NCBI GenBank assembly: GCA_002245135.1
Contig: NGBS01001161.1
Location: 372,001-436,000 of the forward strand
Origin: Proteromonas lacertae
Lineage: Eukaryota
Direction: 5' to 3'
Length of the DNA: 64,000 nucleotides
Shown here: piece by piece, positions 52,501-64,000 of the stretch
Numbering within the stretch: position 1 is the first letter of the stretch
How the letters are laid out: each line of letters begins with the position of its first letter
The notes under the pieces: model-generated
Told to the model about the DNA's origin: nothing
Databases searched by the model: none
Seen by the model: only the letters and a program-made list of their open reading frames with translations
Translations under genes and position numbers: made by a program

Positions 52501-55500
52501 GAAATGAATGTATAGAATATGATATAATTAAAGATGGTCGTAAAAGTGAAATCAAACTATTGATGAGTTGTTGTATAAGTGAGAAAGATGTATATCCTAA
52601 AATAAGTGAATATCCAGAATTTGAGATGCCAATAGCTGAAGAAGAGAAAGAAAATGATTTAAATCGAGATAAGAGCAAATATGATTATGCGAATCAAATT
52701 GAATATTATTTGAAAAAGAAGAATAATATTTCAATTAGTTGTAGTAACAATAAAGAAATCGAATTTGTATATAATGGAAAGAAGAGTAAAGAAGCAATTC
52801 AAATCGAATATAATGGTGATAATAATACAATAATCGAAATAAATAATAAGAATATAAATGAGAAATTAGATTTGAGTGGTTTAATATGTGGTTTAGAATG
52901 GCGAGACACGAAATTTGTATTAAATGATAAAAAGAAAGAAAATGGTTTTAATGAAGTGATATTGAATGGAAGTAGTATGATAAGTGAAGATAAAATGAGT
53001 GAGATATTTAAAGATGTTGGTAAGAATAATATTAGTTATTCAATGAAAATGAGTTATAAATTATTGAAAGTGAATAAAGTGAGATGGGATGAGAAAGTAG
53101 GCATAGGTATTCGAAATCAAAAGATATATCACAACAATAAAGAATATGAAAATGTAATGGAATTGAATAATTATGTGAATGGAAGTGAAATGAAAGAGAA
53201 TGAAGAATTGATAATATTACATCCTGATAGTATAGAAGATTCAATGTTAAAGATCGAGATATTCAATTTAAAGAATGATGATATTTTATATGAGACATGT
53301 ATTGATTTATTTGGAATCAATCATGGAATAAACTATGAAAATGTGGAGATAAAATTGAACAATGAAAATGACATATTGGTATTATCAATGATAAAAAGTG
53401 ACATAAAATATGATCGAAAAGAGAAAGAAAGTATAATCGCATTGAATGAGAATGAGAATGAAAAGATAATAATTCCATTTGGAAAAGAATGTATGATGAA
53501 CTATTTGATTGAGATTTGGAATATTCCTGAGATTTATAATGATTGTGAAGTGAAACTGATCTTAATGGGTCTAGATGATGATGTTGAGCCAGTCGAATTA
53601 GGTAAATTGATGAATGGTGAATATAATCGAAATCATATAAAATATAAAGATAGTATAAGATTTGCATACTATCCAATTCCAGTGAAACGTCGATTTAAAT
53701 ACAAAATCGAATTACGAAGTATAAAGAATATGAAAGTAAATAATGGTTTAATCGATGAATGTGAGATAAATCCTTATGATTATTATATAGAAACCAATGA
53801 TAAGAAACAACAAAACATCTTATTAACAAAGAGTTCAATAAAGGTATCAATAATCGGAATGTGTTTAAGATATGAAGATAAGATATATAAGATGCCATAT
53901 GGTGATAATCTAATAATGAGATTGTATGTAATTCAAGTGATAAATCTACCAAATTATCAGAAAGGAGGTAAACAAGATCCATATATCGAATATCGAATTC
54001 ATCGTGGAAATGAAGATAATATGATAGAATTCAAGAGTGGAAAAGTGAGTTATGACAGTGGAAATGTAGGTTATTGGGAAGGCAGTGAATACTATGAGAT
54101 TGAATTAAAAGACTATTTGAATGAACTGAATCGAGGTTTACCAGTGGATTTAGAGATTCAAGTTCGTGAGAAGACAGGTGGACTTGGTAGTATGATTCAA
54201 AAAGACAATTTTGGAAATATGATATTGAGTTTATACCAAATATTTGAGATGAGAAATGAATGTATAGAATATGATATAATTAAAGATGGTCGTAAAAGTG
54301 AAATCAAACTATTGATGAGTTGTTGTATAAGTGAGAAAGATGTATATCCTAAAATAAGTGAATATCCAGAATTTGAGATGCCAATAGCTGAAGAAGAGAA
54401 AGAAAATGATTTAAATCGAGATAAGAGCAAATATGATTATGCGAATCAAATTGAATATTATTTGAAAAAGAAGAATAATATTTCAATTAGTTGTAGTAAC
54501 AATAAAGAAATCGAATTTGTATATAATGGAAAGAAGAGTAAAGAAGCAATTCAAATCGAATATAATGGTGATAATAATACAATAATCGAAATAAATAATA
54601 AGAATATAAATGAGAAATTAGATTTGAGTGGTTTAATATGTGGTTTAGAATGGCGAGACACGAAATTTGTATTAAATGATAAAAAGAAAGAAAATGGTTT
54701 TAATGAAGTGATATTGAATGGAAGTAGTATGATAAGTGAAGATAAAATGAGTGAGATATTTAAAGATGTTGGTAAGAATAATATTAGTTATTCAATGAAA
54801 ATGAGTTATAAATTATTGAAAGTGAATAAAGTGAGATGGGATGAGAAAGTAGGCATAGGTATTCGAAATCAAAAGATATATCACAACAATAAAGAATATG
54901 AAAATGTAATGGAATTGAATAATTATGTGAATGGAAGTGAAATGAAAGAGAATGAAGAATTGATAATATTACATCCTGATAGTATAGAAGATTCAATGTT
55001 AAAGATCGAGATATTCAATTTAAAGAATGATGATATTTTATATGAGACATGTATTGATTTATTTGGAATCAATCATGGAATAAACTATGAAAATGTGGAG
55101 ATAAAATTGAACAATGAAAATGACATATTGGTATTATCAATGATAAAAAGTGACATAAAATATGATCGAAAAGAGAAAGAAAGTATAATCGCATTGAATG
55201 AGAATGAGAATGAAAAGATAATAATTCCATTTGGAAAAGAATATGTTATGAATTATTATTTGAACTTCAAGCAGTACCAAGCGAATACTCATCATGTTGT
55301 ATTAGAATTAGTACAATTCCAATTGATGATGATAACCAACCACTTGCATTAGGAACTATATCAGTATATATATTATATTTAATGTTTTATATTGTAATTA
55401 GCCATCAAGATATATTCAGACTAATCTTCAATTTGATAAACCCATATGTTTTCCATACTATACTGTTCCAGTTAAAAGAAGATTTGAGTATAAAGTTGAA

Positions 55501-58500
55501 ATTCTTAATAATGGAAAAGAGCTAGATTCAATAAATATTAATCCATGTATAATTATATATTAATGTTTATTTTGATTATAGATGATTATTATAATAAATG
55601 TGATATTATGAAATTACCTCTGTCTAAATCTGGTTTTACACTTTATATAAATCCAGTATTGACAGATTATGAAGATAAGATATATAAGATGCCATATGGT
55701 GATAATCTAATAATGAGATTGTATGTAATTCAAGTGATAAATCTACCAAATTATCAGAAAGGAGGTAAACAAGATCCATATATCGAATATCGAATTCATC
55801 GTGGAAATGAAGATAATATGATAGAATTCAAGAGTGGAAAAGTGAGTTATGACAGTGGAAATGTAGGTTATTGGGAAGGCAGTGAATACTATGAGATTGA
55901 ATTAAAAGACTATTTGAATGAACTGAATCGAGGTTTACCAGTGGATTTAGAGATTCAAGTTCGTGAGAAGACAGGTGGACTTGGTAGTATGATTCAAAAA
56001 GACAATTTTGGAAATATGATATTGAGTTTATACCAAATATTTGAGATGAGAAATGAGTGTATAGAATATGATATAATTAAAGATGGTCGTAAAAGTGAAA
56101 TCAAACTATTGATGAGTTGTTGTATAAGAGAAGGAAAAATATTACCTCAATCACCTTTTCCTAAACCTCTTAAGGATTTAAGAATTATGTATTCTAGTGA
56201 AGAAGAAGTAAATGCATATTTAGAAGGAAAAGAAGACACTGTAATTGGTTATGAAAATCAGATTCAGCCATTTTTAACTACACCAATCTTATTACAATTT
56301 GATGTAGTGAATGTAAGTGATTCAAAAAAAGTGTCAAAAATAAAATTCAAATATGGGGATAAAGAAGGCGAGAATAGTATACAAGTGGAGTATTCAGGAA
56401 ATGGAAATACTCAATTGTTGATGGAAACTTCATCAGGTAATTCATATATAGATTTTACATCTGTATTGTGTGGTTTTGCATGGAAAGATAAGCCTATCTA
56501 TATCACTACAAAGAAAAAATTAGTCGATAATGTTATAGTGTATATCAATTGCACTCCTAACTTACCTCAAATATCATCTTTAGTGAAAATTAATCCAAAA
56601 TTTGATTTTATGAATATATCTTTTAAAGGTATTAGTGGATTTGCAAGCATATCAAAGAAATTGGAGGATATTTCGTTAATAAAAATATATACAAAGTATG
56701 CATATCAAAGAGATGATCAATATCATCTGGTTGGTAATTATGATAAATTAGAATTATCAAATGATAAAAAGATGATTAATATAGTAAATGATACAAATAA
56801 TATACCAATATTTGCATATGATTCAGATAATTATTTAATGAATTTCAAAGTCGTTATGAAGCATAAAGGAGTTGTGTTTAATAGAACTATAGAAGATGAA
56901 GCATGCAAATTCAGTTTTGATGCTTTTGGTGTTAATAGAGGAATAAAGTATGAAAATAGACCAATAAAAATATCAGAGAATGATACAGTGTTTATATCAA
57001 TCAATCCTTTGCAATATGAAATACCAATCATAAAGTCAGATATTGTTTCTCCAAATGTCAAATTTGAAACAATCGATTGTCCATATGGTGATTATGGCAT
57101 ATATAAATTAATCTATTGCTTTGAATCATTACCATCATCATTAACAAGTGGTTTTATAAAATTACAATTACAAAGACCAAATAAAGAATTAGTGAATGTA
57201 AATACAAGGAAATTTAATGGTGAAGAGAATCAAAAACTTGAAGATTCAGTATCTATTCCATTCTATCATATTCCTATTGAAAGAAGTATGAATTACATAA
57301 TTACATTGACAGACTCAAAGAAAAAAGAAAAAGGAAAAATCACTATTCCTTATAATGACTTTGTAGCTAAATCTTCATTTTCTATGCAATATGAGACAAC
57401 TGAATTAGTTATTAAAAAAGAGATTAATCCAGTTCCAATAATCAATAAAGAGTCCTTTTCACATATACCTTTGTCTTTACATATATTTATCATTCAGATG
57501 AATAAACTGAAAGATATACAAACATCAGGTCAGATGGATCCATATGCCACTCTAAGTGTTACTTCTGGCAATAAAGAATATATAAAACCAATAGAAAGCC
57601 ATGTATCTACAGACACAAATCAAATTGCGTTTTGGGATTCTACACAGGTGATGATAGTTCCTATATCAGATGAGATTAGGAATATTTGGATGAATAATGG
57701 TCCTATAGATATAGAAATAATAGCAAAAGAAAAGAAAGGTGTGTTAGGTGCAATGTTCGAAAAGTCAATATTTGGTCATTTGACTTTATCATTGAATGAT
57801 CTTTATCAATTGAAGAACAGATGTTATGAGTATCAGTTACTTGATGAGGATAATAATCCAATTGAATCTACTATAACATTAGCTTGTTGCTTTAGTAATA
57901 CAAACATAGAAAATGAGATGAGATTGTTACAAATTACACCATGTAAATTGAATTATTTATATAATCCTAATGATTGTATTGATTCAATTCAAATATGTAA
58001 AGAAATAGATACAAAAGATGATAATAAACAGATGCAAATAGTAGTTAATGCTGATATAGATGTAAAATCAAAAGATACTATAGTTGGAAATGGAAGTATT
58101 AGTTTTCCATTATCATTGATATTAGAAGATAGTAATTATTCAATTCGATTTATATCATCCAATAAGAAAAAAACATATGAATTGAAATTATTAGATGCAT
58201 ATATTGATAATCTATATGACTTACTTACTCATCCATATGTTGTTCAGTTTCCACTTTATGATAGAAGTTTACATTCTTACTGTGATTGTTACTACAATGA
58301 TTGTGAAATAAAACTATCAACACAAATTGCAAAGAACAGTGAAAGTGATGAACCGTTTAGAATTCTATCAGAATCTCAAATAATAAGTATTTCTTTAACA
58401 AGAATAATTGGATTTGATGATATTCAAGGTGAAATTAAAATCGTATCTCTGTCAGATAATACAATAGTTTCTATTCCATTGAAACCAGGAATAACAAAGA

Positions 58501-61500
58501 AGAGAATTTACAGAAAGTATCAATGATTATAAATAATGTGAAAGTTTCATATATACAATTCATTTACAATGATATTAATTCAATTATGTCTTTAGAATCA
58601 GAAGCAAAACGTTTCAAATTTAAAATAGAGAATAACAAAATGTTTGAATTCAATGTAGATTATTACCCTATAGATATCTTTTATTCAAATTCAGCAAAAA
58701 GAGAAAGGCATTATGGTAAATTAAAATGTAATATAAATAATTCTCTACCAGAATTGAATAATAGTGGACTAAACACAAATCTCGATGATTGTATGATTAT
58801 TAATCATGAATTGATAGTAGATATAGATGAAAATAATTGTAAACAGTTTATATACGATTCTATTCCGTTCAAAATAATTAATCCAAAGAATAACTTTACT
58901 GTAGAAATACCTTTAGATGTTGTATTAGAAAATCCTACTCAGCAATTTCTAATGAGTACAATATTGCCTATTTCACCATTTTCTAAATTAGAATCTGTGT
59001 TTACGTTATTAGTTGATGAAAATGAATCTAAATCAATGAATGAAGGATGTAGTGGTTATTTCTTATTCCATATTAGCGAATGTTTAATGAATTGTACTAA
59101 TAAAAATAATTATTTACATATAAATGTGAAAGCAGTAGGAAGTTCTAATTCATGTATAAGTTATGACACAAACACTAATAGATGGGAAACTACGTTATTT
59201 ATTCCATCCGAAAATGTATTATCTGATTCAATATTAATTGAATTATCTAACAGTAAATAGTGTTTTAGCATCAATTCAGATTCCTACATATTTATTATTG
59301 AATTATTTAGGGAATAATAATAACTGGCTAACCAAATGTAATTCTCCAATTACCATTAAGAATATCAATACAGCAATTCCATTGTTTGATTCAAGTGGAT
59401 GTATTTATTGTTATATTACAGGTTCTTGGTATTTTGAGAATGAAATAAGTTATAAAGAAAACTTCAATTCATCAAAATCAAATGCTGAAAACGGAATGGG
59501 TTGCTTATTTGTGTGGTTTAATTCTGATAAAAATCCAAATATTAAAAATACCACAGTGTCGTTATTAAGCAATAATGTAATAAAATATCAAACTCCTCTA
59601 ACAGAATTTGATGATGAAAAAACAAAATTATTATGTTTATCTTTTCCATTATCTCCTCAACAAGCAATTAATTCTCATTTATTAGTAAATGACTCTATCT
59701 TCTCTTTAAAACCTTTAGCTACTTCAAAAGAGAAATATTTAACCAATATAAATATTGATGAAAAGATATTTACAGTATGTTTAACAAATCACAATAATGT
59801 GAATGAATTAGTTGATTTTCCTACTCTTAATAAGAAAAATGAGTTCAAATTAGCAAAACCGATGAATATAAACTTATCAAATTTGAAATTGAACTTAAAT
59901 GGAATAATTGTTAATCCTGTACCAAAAATAATTTGTAATATTGGAGATACTGAAATTCCATTCGAAATAGAACAATCAACAGAAAAAGAGATAATGTTTA
60001 AACAATTTTCAATACCTTTAACACATTTTGATGAGAATTCAAATCCTTTAGTGTATTTCTGTTTAGAGGATAATTCTGATTCTTCATCTAAATCATCTTT
60101 TCCAATCCCAACAGATTTATTTGGTGATGAAGCATTACCAGTTCCTGTAGATTATGATATACCGTTAGGAGGTAGGAATAAAGGATTTAATGAACTTCAT
60201 TTTAGTGTATCAGCTTCAGAAGCATCTCCAGAAGAAGAAGAACCAAAAGAAGAACAGCCAGAAGAAAATAACGAAGAAGAACCTGATGAGATAAATGAGG
60301 AAGAAGAACAAATTGAGAATAATGAAGAAGATGAACCTGTTGAACAGAACGAAGAAGAAGAACCTGTGGAAAACAATGAAGAGGAAGAAGAACAAGTTGA
60401 GAATAATGAAGAAGAACCAGTGGAAAATAATGAAGAAGAAGAACTGATGGAGAATAATGAAGAAGATGAACCTGTTAAACACAACGAAGAAGAAGAACCT
60501 GTGGAAAACAATGAAGAGGAAGAAGAACAAGTTGAGAATAATGAAGAAGAACCAGTGGAAAATAATGAAGAAGATGTAGTAAATGATAAAGATTCAATGA
60601 ATAGTAATGAAGCTGTTTTTGAAAGTAAAGCCCATAATGAAGATGATAATAATGATGATGTATCAATTGAAGAAATAACTAAGAAATTACCTAAAGATCA
60701 TATGAAGGTGATGAAATATTTATCAGATCCTGAATTAAAGGATTATATGGAGAGTTATATAGATAAAGTAATTGAAAAGAAATTAGAAACAGTTAATTCA
60801 ACAACATCTTCTAAGAAAACTAAAAAGAGACATTCAAAACATAAGAGAAAGAATAGACGACTACTAACTAAAATGAAAGAAAAGCCACCAATTATTGACT
60901 TTAGTAAATATCAATCTACATCTAATTCTCAAGTTACTCAATCAATACATGATGATGATGATGATGATGATGAAGAAAAATTACAAGACAATGAAGAAGA
61001 AAAGAATCAAAGTAATGAACCAGAAAAACCACCTGAAGAATATAAGATTAAAAGAAACAAAAAGTATAGTTATGATGGAATATATGACATGGATGGAAAG
61101 CTAATTAAAAGGGTGAAAGATCCTGATCCAAGTGTTAATTTATGGAAAAAGAAGGAAATTCCAAAGAAAAGTAGAGCTGATGCTTTCAGAGAGAATATGA
61201 GAAGGTTGAGAGAAGAATTAAAAGAAAAGACAAAATACACCAGCAAATATCAATCATTATTTAATGTAACAAATGAAGATTGTGGTTATGAAGAAAAATG
61301 GTTTGAGAATGATGAAATGCTAACTGAGACTAAAAGGCAATTAAAAGAAATGAAAAGTAGAAGAATTCCACTTGGTGCAACGACTGATGAAGTGTTAGCT
61401 GTTTTAAGGCAAGCTGTAAGTGATTTAGGACTTAGAATGTGGAACAACTATATCCAAATAAATGGTTCAAAATTAAAAGATCTTAATATACGTGCTAATG

Positions 61501-62445
61501 ATGAATTAGCTGCAGCTGTACATTATATGTTTATTCATTTAGAGAAAGATGCTAATTATGATGTAATATATGGTTCTAATATGAAATTAAATAGATTGAA
61601 GTTTACTGGTGGATGTAGACAATTGTTGTTATTGGAAATGAGTTATGATCAGCAAGATAGAGTATATAGATACATCAGTGGTGCTGAAGATGGAGATTTA
61701 ACTGTAAGAGAGTTTGTAGAAAACTTAGCATATCCAGATGGTGCAACAACACTATTATCTGACACAGATGAATTTGGAGAAAATGATATAAAAAGTATTA
61801 GAAGATCATTAGATTGTATTTGTGAAACACTAGAAAAAGCTGGAATGACATTAGAAGAATTCTTTGATTCATTTGATAGAGATAATTCAGGGAAAATATC
61901 TGTAGCAGAATTTAGTAGTATAATGAAAAAGATGCAAAGAACTGTGTTGCATGATACTCAAATAGATCATTATGAGCAATATAACAAAGTAGATTTATTA
62001 ACACCACGTCCATTGACAGAGAGACAGCTGTTTTTGTTGATGAGATGTTTAGATAATGATTTTAGTAGAACAATTGAAAAGGATGAATTTTTGTATTTCT
62101 TTAAAGTTGTGTTTGCCCAAAGACTAAAAGAATTGAAAGATAAAGAATATGAATTGTTTAGTATTGCAGGATTGCAAGATAACAGTTTTATAAATGAGTA
62201 CTATTTATATGCTTTACAAGAGAAAAGGAAACAAATAGAAAGAATGTTATACAAATCATTTCCAAAACAGGCAAAATATATTGTTGAATTTGCACATGTT
62301 ACACTGCCTGGTCCTTATGCTGCTATTCTTTATAAAATGAAAATGTTACCACAAGATGTAGAGAATGAAATCGGAGGAGTTTTTGTCGATTTAGAAATGA
62401 GAAATGATGTTAAGAAAGAAAGAAATGATGAGACTGATTCACATA

Positions 62446-62477
<32 letters not shown>

Positions 62478-62957
62478 ATTTTACATCCTAATAAAAAGAA
62501 ACACAATGATTCTCTCTTTAATACAGCTAATACTATAGAATCAAAAATAGATTATTCAGAAGAAAAGGAAGAAAAATATGGAGAAGATGAAAAAGAAGAA
62601 CAAGAAGAAGAAGATGATGATGATGAACCTCCACCATCTGAAGATGCTTTTATTAAGGGAATTATAAAAACTGAAATGAGAAAACTAAAACCCAAAATAA
62701 ACCCAAACACTAACAGTAGAAAGGATAGGAGAAAGATAAAAATGTCAGACATTCAGTTAGCTAGAAAAGGTCACAATGAATTAAGTAGATTCAGATTAAA
62801 TCCTGATCAAGCTCCTCACTCAAGAGCTAGAACTCAGAAGAAAGGTCCAAGAGGTCAAGAAAGTTCACATATACCATTTCAGGTTGTTATAGGAGGTGAA
62901 GATGAGTTTTTAATTCCTGATTATGAAAGTGGAAGACTACCTAATTCATATGTGTAA
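46532..62957 (+). CDS. Giant (roughly 5,300-5,400 aa) C2-repeat protein with acidic linker and C-terminal EF-hands, read as one gene across a few introns and six 1-nt frame breaks
   Basis: Six C2 motifs (LYVxxxxNL...GKQDPY or GQMDPY); ~580-aa repeat units; consecutive + strand ORFs overlap or abut without intergenic gaps; EF loops DRDNSGKISVAE and DNDFSRTIEKDE. Confidence 0.7.
49134..56128 (+). repeat. Tandem array of 1752-bp (584-codon) coding units starting at 49134, 50886, 52638 and 54390; the fourth is interrupted by a divergent patch at 55243-55667
   Basis: Antisense ORFs recur exactly every 1752 nt; sequence near-identical by eye. Confidence 0.97.
60232..60574 (+). repeat. Acidic minisatellite encoding (E)nPVENN units with a 135-bp higher-order duplication
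   Basis: ENNEEDEPV...ENNEEEPVENNEE starts at 60315 and again at 60450. Confidence 0.9.
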
Positions 62958-63039
62958 TTTATATATTGTAAGAATTATTTTGTATTATGCGAACAACAAC
63001 AACAACTTCATAAACATAAGAAATGATAAAAACGAAAAT

Positions 63040-64000
63040 TTAAATTTTAGCCTTTTTCTCAGCTTGATCAAAGCTTTTCGTCATTCTATCTTCATACTTT
63101 CTTTTCATATTCTTAGTATAAACCATATCAAAACCAATACTCTTCTTAATTTGAACTAAAGAATCTCTAATATGTTCTTTCAAAAACAACAAAATTGGTT
63201 GAAGTTCTCTACTCACTAAAATAGTCTTATAATGTATTTTAAGCAATAGATAAATAGATCTACTAACTAACTCAACTTCATCACTGTTATTCTCAACATA
63301 ATACCTAAAATATTCAAACAGTGTTTCAACTAAAGTGAATGGTAAAATCAAAAAGCAACTTTCAAGTTCACTACTTGGAATAGATTTCAAAATTTTCAAA
63401 ATATATTTCTCACAACTCAAACCCATCAATTTGATATTTCCTTTTGGTGGATTTAATAAAGGAGGTAATACTTCATTGTTATTCTTTAACAATTCTCTTT
63501 TTCTTTTCTCTTCATCAGTTAATGCATTTTCAGCTTCTTTTAAATCCTCTAAATATGCCTCATACTTTGCTTTTTCTTTTTTAACTAAATCTAAACCATC
63601 AATCAATCTTTCAGCAGATTTTACACTTTCAGTTGTTTTACTAGCAGCAGTATCTGCATCACCAACTGTTTCATTGACTAATCCGTGATTATTCTCATTC
63701 TCTAATTCTTTTTCAAACTTTTTTTCTTCTTCTATTTCTCTTTCTTCATCTGGAAATACCATTTCATCAGTTCTACTCCAATATCTAATACTTTTATCAT
63801 GACCACATGTAACAACATAATCACCAAGATAACTAACACATAAACTCCAAATCTCACCTACATGAGATGGTAATGTTAATATTAATTCAAAATTATCTGC
63901 ATTCCAATACTTCATTATTCCATCCTTAGAACAACTGAAAAAGTAGTGTGTATTATTCACGAAACTAACATTTGTGATTGAATCTGCATGTGCGAATATT
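63040..64000 (-). CDS. WDR3: 3' part of U3 snoRNP WD40 protein WDR3/Utp12/Dip2
   Basis: FAHADSIT, THYFFSCSKDG, TCGHDKSIRYW, ESVKSAERLIDGLD, SELESCFLILPF (Utp12 domain). Confidence 0.92.
   Translation of the reverse strand, partial: IFAHADSITNVSFVNNTHYFFSCSKDGIMKYWNADNFELILTLPSHVGEIWSLCVSYLGDYVVTCGHDKSIRYWSRTDEMVFPDEEREIEEEKKFEKELENENNHGLVNETVGDADTAASKTTESVKSAERLIDGLDLVKKEKAKYEAYLEDLKEAENALTDEEKRKRELLKNNNEVLPPLLNPPKGNIKLMGLSCEKYILKILKSIPSSELESCFLILPFTLVETLFEYFRYYVENNSDEVELVSRSIYLLLKIHYKTILVSRELQPILLFLKEHIRDSLVQIKKSIGFDMVYTKNMKRKYEDRMTKSFDQAEKKAKI

Noticed and set aside
49528..54996. Repeated minus-strand ORFs (70, 119, 95, 77 aa) in the 1752-bp array
   Set aside because: Antisense shadows of the purine-rich + strand coding repeat; no independent evidence
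49134..56128. Array as a transposon, rDNA or CRISPR-like element
   Set aside because: Units are in-frame protein modules; no transposase/RT motifs, terminal repeats, spacers or rRNA similarity
58443..58467. GTAT...ATAG 25-nt intron to explain the frame break near 58490
   Set aside because: Removing it gives the wrong frame and an early TGA; a missing A in GGAAT fits better
60197..62752. Ser/Phe-rich antisense ORFs and the poly-Met ORF at 60895
   Set aside because: Alternate-frame or antisense readings of GAA/GAT acidic repeats
1..64000. Stop-codon reassignment (e.g. TAR = Gln)
   Set aside because: Long conserved exons have no in-frame TAA/TAG, all three stops end genes, and breaks are explained by introns or indels

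Overview
A very AT-rich, gene-dense eukaryotic (protist) nuclear region. It uses the standard genetic code and has many tiny (about 24-40 nt) GT(A)...AG introns, so the ORF track is fragmented and I rebuilt gene models by hand. About 25 genes: RIIAD1-like, DNALI1/p28, a ~11 kb VPS13-family gene, TFIIB-like, two tandem GSTs, a KIF12-like kinesin, a GH47 mannosidase, three tandem lid-less Hsp70-like genes, a degenerate SNF2 fragment, CAF-1 p60, a PCF11-like gene with two CIDs, three tandem bromodomain+ET genes, a double hot-dog thioesterase, MYCBP-like, a pseudokinase-LRR, NCAPD3, CCDC13, a ~16.4 kb C2-repeat/EF-hand giant gene and the 3' part of WDR3/UTP12. Short introns, GU-rich (TGTTTGTT-like) elements after stop codons and axonemal genes suggest a Blastocystis/Proteromonas-like stramenopile (inference). 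Most notable: (1) the giant C2-repeat gene with near-identical, intronless, CpG-rich 1752-bp units; (2) a long AG-free intron in PCF11 containing a poly(A)-like motif, suggesting autoregulation; (3) tandem arrays (Hsp70, BET) each with one member lacking key functional residues; (4) a RanBP2-type zinc finger inside VPS13; (5) a structured hairpin in the only long intergenic region. Many single-base frame breaks are most likely consensus indel errors.
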